NCBI RefSeq assembly: GCF_000143415.4
Contig: NW_003314261.1
Location: 806,001 to 870,000, forward strand
From: Selaginella moellendorffii
Taxonomy: Eukaryota; Plantae; Lycopodiophyta
Length of the DNA stretch: 64,000 nt
Direction: 5' to 3'
Shown: positions 46,215 to 59,707 of the stretch, piece after piece
Numbering within the stretch: position 1 is the stretch's first letter
How the letters are laid out: each line of letters begins with the position of its first letter
Program-made: the position numbers and the translations under genes
The notes under the pieces: generated by a model
Database searches by the model: none
Seen by the model: only the letters and a program-made list of their open reading frames with translations
What the model was told of the DNA's origin: nothing

Positions 46215-48700
46215 CCTTTCCACAGGTATTCAACAAGTTACCTATTAATCTCCTCATCTTCAGCAAGACTAGTATGAGTCGGTTGTTGTGGATAAGGAGT
46301 AGCTTTAGGTACTAAGTCAATTTCATGCTGAATTTCACAGTTGAGAGGTAAACCATTAGGCAACTCATCCGGAAATACGTTATGGAACTCCTCCTGAATG
46401 GAATCCATCCAAGCCCTATGCCCACAAATGTACTCCAAATCAGATATGATTATATTAGAAAGAAACAGGTACACCACAGAATCAGCTATCTTATGTGTGC
46501 ATGTTAGTAACTCCAAAGTGTTAATCAATGGAGTATCATTATTGTCTATCCCAACAATCTCTTTCACAGTGCCACCAACTTTGATATGCAAAACATTACG
46601 CTCCCAATCAATCCCTAGCTTCCTGTCATAAAATCATTCCTCTCCAAGAATAACGTCTGTGCAACCAAGATCTATAACTTAGAACAAAGGATGGTCAAGA
46701 ATCCCTTGAACTATCAAAGGAACACTCAAAGCCCATTCACTATTGTAACGCACGTGGTTTTGACCCTTTATCCTATGGTGATTTACTATAGGATAACACC
46801 ACGAAGCAGAACCTAAACCCTTTATGTGGCACGTGTCATATGCCACGTGTCCATAGGAGCCCGAGGTTCAGGACCTTGGGCCACTGAACGAAGGAACGGT
46901 GCTAAACTCCCAAGCATGGAGCCAAGGAGTGATGGAACCGAACCACGGAGCAACTCCCAAGCATAAAGCCCAAGGAGCGAAGGGGCAGGAGCCCGAAGTG
47001 ACTTGGAACAGTCATGGAGCAACTAGCATCCCAATGCCAAGACTAGCACGCAAAACGGAGCCAAATGGAGTCTAGCACTATTTCGGTATACCAGTGGCTT
47101 AATGCGAGGATATGGGTACTCCACCAGCTAGCATGGAATGGAACTTGGGTTTAGACCCAAGCCGGACGCAGAACAAGGATAGGCACGCAAGCGGGAGCTA
47201 GACTATGCCTCAGGTTAGTCGACCATGCCCGACCTACCCACTATCCCTACTATACATTTGGAACCCCCCATAGCCCCCCCCCCCCCCCCCCCCCCTTTGA
47301 GGAACACACGCTTTGGGCTTTCACCCCAAGCCTCCCTTAGTATTAGGAGTTAGTCTTTGGGACAAGCTCGAAACTTACTAAATATGAAATGTCCCTAGAT
47401 TGCGAATTTGGACACGGGACAAACACCATTGTGTTCAGGACGATCTCTACATTCTGTAGATATGCCAAATGAGCAAATCTAGACACTTTCCATAAATAGC
47501 ATTTAGGACCGAAATGAGACCAACACAAAGGGCATGACAGCGAGGGTGTTTAGCAGACACGGTAAGCTATCATTTAGTGATATTGAGGGACTAATCTTAA
47601 TATCGCGGGGGTTTTTGATACTACCAAGTGCACGCCAATGACACAAGTTTCTCAAACCAGGCCGAGTATGCTTAGCAAGAAATACATAGGGTTCCTACCT
47701 TATGTTTATCCAATCTAAGTGCATGTTCATTGATCAGTTTCTCAACTAGCTCAAGTGGGAACTGATAACGGGTCCAACAATACCGACCTCATGCCATCGT
47801 GGCAGTAAGGAAAGAATATCTGAAAGGACTAGCCGACAGGTAACTTTCGATACCCAAAGTCACATTCGCGACAACCATAAACACGAGTGCTACATCCATT
47901 TGCCATAACCACCATGTAAATTATTGAGCTCTTTTCTACAGGTAAACCAAGTTTCTACACCACCTTGGAGCTTAAAAAGTTGTGAGTAGCACTTGGATCA
48001 AAAAGAATACTAATAACACTACCTTGAATGTCCCCTTTGGCCTTCATAAGTTAATTGCGCATAGAACTATTAATGTCTATAAAGTTGATACAAACTCGAG
48101 ATTGAGATTCTTGAACTTGTGCCACAAGGCATGGAAGAGCCACCATAGTAGATGCCTGAGCTATATCCATAATGGATTCCACCATATTCATCTTAATATT
48201 CTTTGATCCCTTTACAAGAGGACAATCCTTGCCATGATATCTAGCCTTCTGACAATGAAAACAATTGCCCTCCACATTATCTTTCTCTCGCTGGTCCAAA
48301 TAATATCTTTTAGCCACATTACTATCTCCATTCTTTGAGCCACAATGGAACAATAGTTATTTCTTCCCCGAAGATGAAGTATTGGTGGGTTAGTCATTAC
48401 ATTGACCAGAGTTGACCAAATTGATAGTTTGGGTGAAAAGATTTGGGCTTTAATGATAGCATTAGTTGATGTTGCTAGAAAATCCTTCTTGACTTTCTGT
48501 TGCACATCCAATGAGCTCAATCCTTTGATGAAACATTGCACCTTTAGCAACTCATTATAAGTGCCTATGAAACTAAGGCAAAGATCACATACATATCTAA
48601 AAACAAAGTCCCTTGCTGGATCTCTAACAGCTGGTTCACAAAATAACCTCTTCAAGCTTCTTGACAACTGAAGTGTGGAAAACTTTCATCAAATCAGTTC
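46215..48700 (-). mobile_element. Old degenerate gypsy, right part (gag-protease-RT start), split by a solo LTR
   Basis: EFHNVFPDELPNGLP...IQHEIDL and CFHCQKARYHGKDC knuckle. Joins 26164 in frame (VEYLWKG/WL). Confidence 0.75.
46744..47873 (-). repeat. Solo LTR of the LARD family (1130 bp, inverted)
   Basis: Reverse complement of 5316-6447 with scattered substitutions. Flanks ACTAT / ACCAT (4/5 TSD match). Confidence 0.85.
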
Positions 48701-49251
48701 AAGAAGTCAGCTTCGGATTAGCTTTGATGTAACTCTTTCATCACGAAGAAGCATGGCTCGTAAGCTTCGTTACAAAAAAATCAATCTTCATTTTTTCTTT
48801 ATAAAGATTGTGAGACTAACAACTTTCCCATAATTCCAAACTTTTTGACTATCATAAACATTCAATAATGACTGTCATTCCATGATACCATATGTTTGAT
48901 ATACCAATAGTAATCATAGACATGAGATTGAGTTAATCCTTAAGGGTCCATGTGAAGCAAGAAATCTTTAATAAGATTGATAGAATCCTTAACCTCTTTT
49001 ATGTTGCTTTGAACCTTAGAAATCTAGTGTCTTTGCCGCACAACAACATCATCAAAAGTCTCTTCTTCATCATCATATAGCCATCATCACTATCATCATT
49101 AACACCATACTCCTTATCAGGATCAATATCTTGCTCACTTGCTATCTTTAAAAGAACATGCTGCTCCAATACCGATGAAACAAATAAGAGTGAACCCTCA
49201 TTATAGTTTTAAATCCCACAGGCCATAGAATATTCTTAGAATAATCCTGTG

Positions 49252-50600
49252 GTTTGTGTTAGAATGGAGGCAGCTGAATTCCCTTGAGGCAATGGTGGCA
49301 GAGGAAGCGGCAGTGGGGCAGTTGAATTCCCTTGAGGCAGTGGTGGAGGAGGCAGAGGTGGTGGTGGCGGTGGCAGCTTTGCAGTAAAACTTGGAAGCTC
49401 GAACAGAAGTGGTGGAGGAGGCGGAGGAGGGGGATGACCAGCAACAGAAACTACTGGTGGTGGTGGTGGTGGTGGTGGTGGAGCAGGAGGTGGAGACTGC
49501 AAAATAGCCAACCTCCGAGGTGGTGGAGTGGTGAAGGAGTACCTGGTGCGAAGCTAGGGTTAAACGATAACGTTGGACTTGTCCACCGTGACACCCCTAA
49601 CTGACAATCAAAACGGGCGATGATGGAGGAGGTGGTGGTACTGGAAATAAGTGTTCACTCGTCATCCGCTGCCGCTAGTGCTGCTCTATCCATTGGAAGT
49701 CTCCTGTCCTCAAACCCATTGCCAACCGTGGTCAGCTGCTGTCTCTGCCACCGTCTAACCAGTCCCCGCAACTGAAGAGCTCCTGGACCTTGGCAAAAGC
49801 TTCCATCGGCAAGCCACCTTTCTCTTCCATCAGCGCACAGGCGCTACAGGGGACGAAAATCCATCCGTCTCGCGAAAAGAGAAGATTGATTTTGCCAAGA
49901 TTGGTTCAGCTTTGCTTGCTTACCTCTGGTCGGGAGTCCTTGGAGAAGCACTCCTTCCCGTTCCAGAGTATGTCAATGTCGTCCCGGTTGAGCATCAGGA
50001 TGTTGGAGCGGATGAACGCAGTGTTAAACATGACCCAGAACATCATCTCCTCCCGGTCTGACTCCAAGTCCAAGTGGATGCACTCGAGAACCACACCCCC
50101 TTGCACGGCACACTGTACATCGATCTTCATCACATCACAATCTGTCTGGAAGCTGGAACACACAAGAGCATTACTGACCAAAGCAAAAGAAAACAAGCTC
50201 ACCACCTTACCGGTCGATAATGCCACAGACTTGCTCTTCTTTCCCAAGGCAAAGAGCATCCTCATCTTCCTGTTCAACGCTTTCGATCGGGGATCTCTTC
50301 CATAAATGCGGCCCCTCGTCCGGATCGAAAGCTGGCACCACTTTGAGGATGAGGCAGTCGAGGCTGAGCGAGCGATCCGGGAGTGGCCACTCCGGAGTGT
50401 TGTTCCTTCTAGCAACGTACTGGAGATATCTCAGCTGCCATCGGATTGGGAGGAGTGAGCAGCTGCATCAATCCCTTTGGAGCCTCCCGATGGAGCATAT
50501 CGAGCGTCTTGAATTCGCCCGTGTACATCTTCCTGTAGATGAGAAAGCTGGCGAGAATGAACGCCAGCAGCAGCCATCCCCCCCTCTCGCAGTGCACCAG
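49252..50600 (-). pseudogene. Class II formin 5' part (PTEN-like/C2 + FH1 start), probable partner of 21328-23632
   Basis: Same exons as 7980-9300, same strand as the FH2 half. The polyproline FH1 is broken at 49251 and resumes at ~23632. Confidence 0.8.
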
Positions 50601-50809
50601 CTGCCTCTCCTCACAGCCGTCGGACCACATATAGATCAAACGGTCCAATTAAACAACCATTCCTCCCGTTAAAAATGGCCACATCATCCAGGGACTCTTT
50701 GGCTTTGCACTGAGTCTTTGCTAGGGACGCTTTGATTTGAGCGGTGATGGAGAATCGCGGTCTTCTCTCCAAGAAGGAGAGATGGAAGCGGCGCTCTACG
50801 GAATGCCAG

Positions 50810-53559
50810 CATTCTAGGGCAAGGCGCTGGATCGCGAGCTGGCCTCTTCCGGCATTCCAAGCCCTGCTACATTTTCTCCTCGGGACCGTCGCCTTCTTCC
50901 TCACCTTGGCGGCCAGCGAGAATGTAGGTTGAGTTGAGGCGCTCACGCTCGATCTCGCAGGATTTCGCCGGTGTCTGGCCGATTTTCGACGCGGCACACT
51001 CTTGCGACTAATACGCATGCTTTCGCTGTGTTTCCGGTTCGTGTTAGAGTCCTCAAAGGGATGGAAATTCCTTTCTTTGCAGATTGTCCAGGGTCTTATC
51101 AACGAGCTAGAGGCTCAAGGGGCTTTACCTCGGAGTAGCTCTCGGGTTTCCTCGCTAGCTACATGCTGTGGTCAGAGGTGGGTCTTGTTTTGCCTCCGTG
51201 GTTCCTATGATTGAATTTTTTTCGTTTTTCCTTCTCTAGATTTGTGGAGCTATTATGGCAGCTCTCGGCCCACGCTCTGCGAGAAGTTCATCGACGGAAC
51301 TTCCCAGCGGATGTTGCCGAGAACCCCTTGCCAGCGTCGTTCACGGAATTCATCACGCAAAATTCACATGCATCAGCTCTCCTTGCCGTGACAAAGGTGG
51401 AGTGTTCATTGATAGATTGTTGGAACTTGCGTGTTTTTGCAGGCACGTATTGCTCTAGAGCGTAGGCGTTTCCTGCAAGGTGCGTCTGCGGCCATGCATA
51501 AACAAGCGTTGTGGTCCAGTCTAGCTCATGACATGAGATCCATGGTGGCAGCGAGAGCATAGTCCCCTCTCATGGAAACAAAGTACCCGTGACCATCGTG
51601 GAGCAGCCCGGCAGCGCTACACGCAGCAAGAATGGTGGTGAAGCTGACAACGTCCAGTTCTAGTCCTTGAAGCTCAGTCAACTCAAACAGCTCGCAAGCT
51701 CGTCGGCCATGTCCGTTTCGAGCAAAGGTCGCCACTGTGGTCGTGCAGACCATCAAACTCCACTCCCCCGTCCTGCGAGAAGATCTCCGCCGCGCTCGAC
51801 ACATCTCCGCATTTTCCATACATGTTGATGGCGGCTGCTCCAGCAGTGACATCGAACTTCTCGCCGCTCGAAGAGACAGCACTGCCGTCCGAGAGAGCTG
51901 TGAAGGCCGCGCACGCATCGAAGATGCAAGCCAGAGCGACACCGTCCATTCCCAGGCCGGCCAAGTCCATGAGCTTGAAAGCTTTCAGCGCCTCGATTAC
52001 ACTGAACGGAGGCTTATTTACATCAAGAGCTGGAGAAAATGCAGGAGCTTTAAAGTTCTAGAGCATTTGCAAATCAAAAATTACTGTCAGCGTCTCGAGC
52101 TACAACGCATTGGGAGTCTCTTCTAAAACATACTGGTCAGTTCGTAATTCTTGGATTTTTTTATGTTCTTATTTTTGTCTGATTTTGTGTTGATTGTAGA
52201 GAGGCACGACAAACTAGCAAGCGGCCCTATAGAAGACTTGATTGCTCATCGTGACCACAGGTGTTTAATCTTTTGGTTCCTGGATTTTGTTTGACGCTGT
52301 GCTTATAGATGGATCGGCTTTGCGTGTGACCATCCACCGAGGGATGAATGTCATTCCAAGTTCGTGAGCTCCAATGACGAGGACTGCAATCGGCAACTAG
52401 AAAAGCAGGAGAGTGACGACGAAGCCAGAACAGACAGGGCAGTTAAAGGGTCGAGCCCGCTTGATGTTGCTGAAGTTATTAGACGGTGGACCCATGCTTT
52501 GCAACGCATACACAAACAAGCTCAAAAGCTGGTAAAAACTTTAGCTGTGTCTAACTTGCTTACATGACTGGAATTGTCGTACAGTCACGAAGGCACTTCC
52601 TAATCTTATAAATGCGGTGGATGCTTGTGAGGGACACACAAGCATTACGGGCAACGTTAGCGGAGCAAAAACAACACATCTCAAATATGCAGGTATTAGA
52701 TTCTTCTTGCGGTTATTTGTTTGTTTAAAAAGGACTTATTCTTCAGGTGCTCATTTCGCAGCTAAAGGAAACCACTCCAGGAATGGAAGCAAACATTAAC
52801 AAAGTCCGTCAACATGTCAATCACTCTGCGGTTTCTTCTGCCTCTCAAGCTGTTTTCGCTGGGTATAGCGTGTATTCTGACTCTGCACTTTCCTCTCAAG
52901 TACGTGACCACCTTGTTTGAGCCATGTTCTGACTAGCTTTAGCAGGACGTGACTTCGGACTGTGTTGCTGACGATAGAGGCACTCCTGGACCTCTAGAAC
53001 TGGCACCTCCAAGCCCGACACTAAAGCTTCCTCAGCTGCCAACACTGTTTTCGCCGTTTTCTCTTTTGCACAAAGGTGGTGACGACGATGATTTGGACCT
53101 CCGCCCGTCTTCACTGGCTTTCTCTGACCACAAGGACTACGAAGGTATTCTAAAATGCAATGTCTTATATATCGACTATGCCGGCTTTTATATTCCAGAT
53201 GATTTCAAAGAATTGTGGCAAGCAGTTCACGAAGCCGCACTCTCAAAGCCTGTTGAGGCTGCGACTGAGAACACCAGCACCAGTAACACGACCTCAGAGC
53301 ACTATTTCACGCCTTTGACTGTACAAAAGGAAAGCGTCAATCCAACAAGCACTGTGGTTTCCAGGACCAGGACGACGACTTGGTAGGTGCGTTTTACACT
53401 CTGTTTCTTTTCTGTCGTGATTTCACTCTGGGCATTTTATGATTCCAATCCAGCTCCGGCAGCCACATCAACATCGCCATGAGTTTTGCAGCTGCTCAAC
53501 ACAGTCACCCACGAGACTCCATCAGGCTCAAAAGGAATGGTTGTCAGCAAAGCTAGGCC
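50810..53559 (+). pseudogene. AUG6: AUG6 fragment copy B
   Basis: [34 protein letters not shown] and [19 protein letters not shown], interrupted by a PPR fragment. Confidence 0.8.
51533..51972 (-). pseudogene. PPR fragment inserted in AUG6 copy B
   Basis: MDLAGLGMDGV...NMYGKCG...SFTTILAACS, related to 17337-17745. Confidence 0.75.
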
Positions 53560-54480
53560 CTAGTCAACTCGGCCAGATCTTGCTAGCAGATCGATCACGC
53601 AAACGTAGTGATCCATGGTGGCAGCGAGAGCATAGTCCCCTCTCATGGAAACAAAGTACCCGCGACCATCGTGGAGCAGCCCGGCAGCGCTGCACGCAGC
53701 AAGAATGGTGGTGAAGCTGACAACGTCCAGTTCTAGTCCTTGACTCTCAGTCAACTCAAACAGCTCGTGAGCTCGTCGGCCATGTCCGTTTCGAGCAAAG
53801 CCCGCCACCATGGTCGTGCAGAGCACCAAACTCCACTCCCAGGCTCGGTACTGCGAGAAGATCTCCGCCGCGCTCGACACACTGGCCGGGGCTCAAAAAA
53901 ACCGGAGAGCGATTGAGAGCTTCCACAAGATGGTTCTAGAAGGTCGAAGCTCGTCTTCGATGCCTTGCCGGAGAAGAGCCTCGTGTCGTGGACGTCGATT
54001 GTCCAGCTATGCCGACCACCAGTGCTCTTCTCGAAGGACTCGCAAGCGTCTTCCAAGCTGTGGCATTTCCCATACATGTTGATGGCTCAAGTCTGCGTCC
54101 GAGCAGAGATCAAGCGAGAGCTCCAGTTCTTCGTGAAGCAGCCTTCCATGGCGGGGATCACCAGTCGAGGATGGTGATCCACGCGGTTTGGAGGCTAGCC
54201 TTCCAAGTCCATCCGCTTGATCAGGCTCAGAGCTCGAGAGAAGCTCCCGTGGCGAGCGTAGGCCGCGATCATCTCGGAGCTCTCCTCCGGCTCGCAGTTC
54301 AAACGTCCTGCGACCTCCCCGTTGGATCCCAGCCCCGCCAGCATTGAGTTCCAAGAGATGATCGCGGCCTCCACTCGGGCATTCGATCAAAGACGCTCTT
54401 GGCCTGCTGGAGGTGATGAAGATATCGAGGATCGCCTTCGCCAGTATGCTGCTGCTGGATCGCGTCGTCCACAAGACAGC
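53560..54480 (-). pseudogene. PPR fragments (copy of 11871-12790)
   Basis: Near-identical sequence and motifs. Confidence 0.8.
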
Positions 54481-54700
54481 CCTAGAAACAGAGGCAGACA
54501 TTTAGCATCTCAAACCCTAACTCGCAGAGCTTTGATAATATAAGCCACGGCGACAGCCACGTTTTGCTTACGTGTCTGCCCAGCTCATCACTTGCCCGCC
54601 CAAAGATTTTAAACTTCGGGGTTCCTTATAGCTTTAGGGTTCTACCTTGGAAGCTCCTGGCTTTCATCGACGCGCCGCGATCGACCGGTAAATCGCAGCT

Positions 54701-56115
54701 TTGATCAATCGCTGGATGATATTTCGGGGCAAAATTCAGAGGACGACACCAAGTGTAGCTCCGATCGGCAGCGACAGCGCCAATGCATCGATCCAAGGTT
54801 TTCCAGGCCATGATTCATCGTCAGTGACATATTTCGTGCCTATTTCAGATGAATCCTGGCGCATTGCCGCCGTCGACACGCCACGATCCAGCTCAAGGCA
54901 AGGTAACAGGCTCGGACTGGTTAATCGAGGCTCAGACCCGGTTCTTGGTGAATTTTCACAGGAGATCTTTGGGTCTGTTGCTGCTCCTGCACTCTTGGGA
55001 CCTCTCTTCGGCCCTTCTCTGGCTCAAAAGCCACCATCTGGCCATGGAGGGCATACACCGGAGACAAACTCCCTCAGTATAGCGATGGCGTTGTTTGTTG
55101 CTGTCTCCATTTTGGCGGTCGTGGCCACGCTTTTCTTCCAACGCGTGCGCCAGAGGCAGGACGAGGCAACCGAAAGGAGGCAGAGGAGGATCAATGATTT
55201 CTTCATAGCAGCACACACCGATGTAGGTGCTGAGACTCTCGCTGCCAGTGGACGAGTTCTAGGCCTCAGTCTCTCAATGGCCGTGAAGGTATGAGCTCAA
55301 TCATTTTTACTTATCAAACATTTGTAAATGTTCTTAGCTGGAAGTCATCTGGATCGTATTACTAAATGCTGCTCCGGATCCGGCATGGGATTATGCCCCC
55401 CTTTTCAATGCGCTTGCCACTGATGATCGAGGATGGAGAGAAGTAAGTCTTCTTACTCAAAACTGGTTCTCTACGTGAACTAAAATAATTCTCTATGTCG
55501 CAGGCTTTAACGGCATCTTTTAAACGTTTTTTTAGAGAAATGCGAAATGGCTTCTTACCTGTAGACTATGAGGTGGATATTTCAGAAAGGTCTTGCATGG
55601 CTTCTTACCTGTGGACTTTCAGGTGGCTATTTTCTTCACCGTGATATTCCGGCATAGTACAGGACTCTTCAGCCTCGGTATCACTCTTCCCACTGACGCT
55701 CACGTCAATTTCTACGATTTCGCGAAGTTCTTCTTCCGAACACTATCTCACGATGGCGAGTACTGCTTGAATCTGGATTACTCGTTCTTTTCAGCGCCCC
55801 CCAACCAAATCTACACGGATTTCGTGAGTGATGTCTATGATGCGGCACCCTGGCTCGATTCACTTTACATCGAAAGCTGCTTCGTATATTACCTTTCAAG
55901 ACGGGCTCCTCTAACATCGTACACCTGGATGACAGGTTTGAATTTTATTTCTAATGTTTTATTTGTGTTTATACCCTGTTTGTAGAGGACGACATTCCTC
56001 GTATAACGAAAGTACGTCTTGGAGAAAGACTCTTGAACATGAGACGTAACAATCTAATCGATCAGGATTACTACTCGCAAGTCTTACACTTGTTTCCGGA
56101 TGCCACTGATTTGGT
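54701..56115 (+). CDS. Possible spliced gene of unknown function with one transmembrane helix
   Basis: 197-aa ORF with hydrophobic IAMALFVAVSILAVVATLFF followed by a basic patch. GT-AG introns of ~50-60 bp follow. No family recognised. Confidence 0.3.
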
Positions 56116-57829
56116 AAGTTTGCTATTCCTTTGTAGATTAAGATTTCTTACCATTTTCATTAGCATTAGCGTGCGGACCTGTACACCTCGCTAAATAAAT
56201 CAAAGACCAACGCCACGGTCCCGACCAAGACGTCCGTTTGCCAGCATCTCTCGTGGAGGAGCTCTCTTTCACTTCCAGGACGCTTAGCACCGCCACCGTG
56301 TGTCGAAGTCAACGCCTTCCAGCCAATCTCACAAGCATCTTCCAAGCTGCTGATGTCGACGAGCAGGCAACTCAAGTTCGCATCCGAGCCGAGATCAAGC
56401 GAGCGCTCCAATTCGTGCGCAAATGGTGATCCTCGACTCAGGACGCAATGCTCCGATCAAGGCTGATGGTGCTTTTCTCGATTCCGTCCAAGGCCTTTGA
56501 CGTACTCGCTGGGGCATATGATGCGAGCAAGATCTTTCACAAGAAAAAAAATCCGGTCCCTGTATATCCCTGCCCTTACCGACGCGGGAATCGCTAATGG
56601 AGGAGGAGGTGATCACTACCTGCAATCCTTCAGCGATCGCTAAACATCCTATTGGAAACTACCCAAGATCATCTTACCTCCTTGACACAGTCCAGCTTGT
56701 CATACCTGGGAAGGAGTTCTTGCGGAGCTTTTTCTGATACCTCGGGCTCCGGGTTGGGCGCCTCCAATCCTTTCTTCTTGTCGGCCGATTCTTTCCTTGA
56801 CCGGGCAGCCTTGACAGCCGGACTGCTCCTCGTAGCTCTTCAGTGCCTCACGCCTCTGCTAATTTGAGCGCCTCCCTAATGCTTGGGCTCATCCTCTCCA
56901 TCGCAAACCCTAACTCGGAATACGCTTTGTGGTTAAGATCCTTTTGGCGGTGGTCAAAACTATCCAGAGTGTTCTTGCGCCGGTCTTGCAAGATTGAAAA
57001 GAGGTGCCTGTTTTGATCTTATTGCTTCTCCAAACCTTGGACGTCCAGCCAGCGAATTTGTTGATAAGTTTCCTGTAAAATTTCACTTCTGGAGTGTATT
57101 GGCTGAAAGCTATACCATTGTAGTGGTCTCCAAAGTAATTTCCAGAGACGAGAGGAGCAACACCGTTTTGCTCGATCCCTCTGTGACGAACGCAGGAGTC
57201 CGGTCCTTCTGCAGCATGAACATGGACGTGATAACTTACATGCTGGCTAATGTCGACGAGTTTGTGCAAGCGATAGTGGACATTTTGAGGTTGGCCGGGG
57301 TTTATAACGTGAGATATTACATGCCGGGGAAACTCCGGTCAATGGAGCTTTAGAAGCAAGCTCGAGGGAATGGAGCTTAAAAATCTCTCTGGCAGCTCTC
57401 TCGGAGCTAATTACAGTTTTCCAGGATTTCTTCTTCTGTCAAGAAATTACTCATGCCATCATTATGGTTCGTTTTTTTTTTTTTTCCTTTTAAATGGTGA
57501 TGAGCAAGAAACAGCAGTGACTATGAGCACTGCTTCTCTTTGTGTCTTGCCGTACAATGGTTTTTCCAACGTCCGATGTTGCAGAGTTCCCCCTTTGGTT
57601 GACGAGATCTCTATTTGATCTTCGATCACTGAAACTTAAAATCCCAGAAGAAAGAGAGACAGTAGAGCAAATTCTATATCAAAGTGATGAAACCGAGTTC
57701 CATCTCGGGCAATAATATGCCAGTCTATGATCTTGGACGCCATGCTCGGACTGTCATACTGTTGGAAAACTCAAGTTTTTGATGATCCTCAGCGTCGATA
57801 CTCGCGGGCTTATGAACAAATTCCAGTTT

Positions 57830-58480
57830 ACAACTCCAGGGTGAGGAACAAGCTCTTGGAGTCCACACTTCGGATACATGGTGATGGAGCGTGTTCCTCA
57901 CACTTATGTTTCCAAAGTGTTGTTTGCTCTCAAGTATGTGACTTGTGGATGTGCTTGCCGTTATCGCAAAGGATCCGGACTGAGCAAGCTCCAAGGATTG
58001 CTACGTACGTGAAAGCATCCGGCTCCAGCCCCTGTGATCGCGTCTTCCAGTATGTCTCGCATAGCTGCCATGGACCGAAAGGCCCTGGCGGCATGCAAGC
58101 TCTTGGACGAAGAAGGGGTGAAAAGCCGGGGGAAAGTGTGTAAGTGTCGATGGAGATCTCTTCTCTTACCATCTCCTTGTAAATCTCCAGTGCCTCCTTG
58201 GTACATAGCATTCTGGACGTAGCACTCGACGAGGTTGCTCCAGGAGAAGGTGTTGCGCTGCTTGATTCGATCAAAGACCTAGCGGGCATCCTCGGGCCTC
58301 TTGCATCTCCCCATCTCCCATACATTTGGATGATCATATTGGTGTCGTCCTCGTCGTTGGCGTGATCCCTGTCGGCCAAAGCCCTCTCTTGGCCACATTT
58401 CTTGAGCAATTTCACGTACTCGGGAAAATCCAGGCGGGTTTAGAGGCTGCTCTCCGATAGAACATATTTCAGCCATTCCA
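57830..58480 (-). pseudogene. PPR gene fragment (a further piece at ~56170-56430)
   Basis: LLKKCGQERALA, IIQMYGRWG, EALEIYKEM and GLEPDAFTYVAILGACS, with frameshifts. Confidence 0.75.
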
Positions 58481-58848
58481 TTTTTGACAGCTGGATGGGA
58501 GCTTCTTGACCCAATCAATTTTAAAAACTGACAATTTAAAAATCAGCATATTCCATATTTTGATGACTTTGCCCTGCTTAGGTCTAGGGCAAAGCACAAT
58601 TATCCCACATGCCCAAGCGTCAATGAAGCTCATCTCTTTAAATAGTGCCGCGTTTTGTAAACATGTACTTCTTGGGTCGTAGAGTATGCGTCTGATGACC
58701 CGTCTGTGTGTCTCGAAGTATAAGTCATATTCCGACCCCTGGAGTTTTGTAAAATTTTAATGGTAATTTTTTTTTTTGCAAAATCTTATGCGAAACTCCG
58801 GTTGATCGATCGATCGCGAAGGGGTGATCTAGCATTGCGCCTCCAGTA

Positions 58849-59640
58849 TCACGCTGGCTTGATGTTCCTGTAGGAGATCACAGCGTAGAATGGATCTTTC
58901 CCTGGCGCTCGCCAGAAATTGAGGAGGCGAGAGATGAGAGTCGAATCGTCCACCATTCCGGGAATCCTCTTGATGATCTCCGGCTGCGTGAATCCAGCCA
59001 CGGCCTGGAAGTACTGGACCACGAGCTGGATCCTCGAGTAATCGCTCCCATCCCTCCACGCCGCGATTGCCTTGTCGTAGAACATCCTATTGCTGAAGCT
59101 CACGATGCACACTCCCCCGGGGCGAAGAACCCTAAGAATCTCCGCGAAGATCTTCTCCGGCTGCTCCAGGTACTGCACGCTCACGGCGCACACCACGGCA
59201 TCGAAGCTCTCGGCCGCGATTCCGCTCAAGGATGGATCGCGATTGAGGTCCTTGACGAAGAAATCGTCCAGGCGCTTGTTCTTGAGGAGCTCCTGGGCAT
59301 TGAGGCCATGGCCGACGACTCTCTTGTAGGAGAATTCCGGGGGAAGATGGCTCACCCAGGAGCTCATGAGATCCAGGACCTCGGATCCCGCTGGAATGCG
59401 CTGCCGGTAGACATCCGTGAGCTCCCGGATGAATCCATCGTCGACGTGCGTGACGAGCCTGGGGAATGCGTAGAAATCGCGATCTGGAGCGATGTTGAGC
59501 TTGGTGCGATTGCGATCGGTGAGAACCGTGCGCCGGATCTGACCGGCTCGATTGAGATTCTCCGCGCGTGGAGAGAGAGGAGGAGGAGGAGGAGGAGGAG
59601 GAGCGATCGCGAGGCGGCCATGGCCAAAAATAAGCGCCAT
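58849..59640 (-). CDS. SAM-dependent methyltransferase (Methyltransf_11 type, cyanobacterial/plastid-like family), 263 aa
   Basis: Intact single exon with FYAFPRLVTHVDDGFI, VLDLMSSWVSHLP, FDAVVCAVSVQYL and RVLRPGGVCIVSFSNRMF, plus a transit-peptide-like N-terminus. Confidence 0.92.
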   Translation of the reverse strand: MALIFGHGRLAIAPPPPPPPPLSPRAENLNRAGQIRRTVLTDRNRTKLNIAPDRDFYAFPRLVTHVDDGFIRELTDVYRQRIPAGSEVLDLMSSWVSHLPPEFSYKRVVGHGLNAQELLKNKRLDDFFVKDLNRDPSLSGIAAESFDAVVCAVSVQYLEQPEKIFAEILRVLRPGGVCIVSFSNRMFYDKAIAAWRDGSDYSRIQLVVQYFQAVAGFTQPEIIKRIPGMVDDSTLISRLLNFWRAPGKDPFYAVISYRNIKPA

Positions 59641-59707
59641 TTTGCTCCAGCCTTTTATTTTGATTTTTTTTCCACCTTAGGGTTTATGTTCTAGGGTTTT
59701 AGGCCAG

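Larger units (their letters stand above)
47635..54647. repeat. Segmental duplication copy B
   Basis: Colinear with 6448-12980, with an extra PPR piece at ~51533-51972. Confidence 0.93.

Noticed and set aside
48880-48891. PBS-like TGGTATCATGG for the old gypsy
   Set aside because: Only a partial match, and no LTR pair could be matched to it, so element ends were not called from it.
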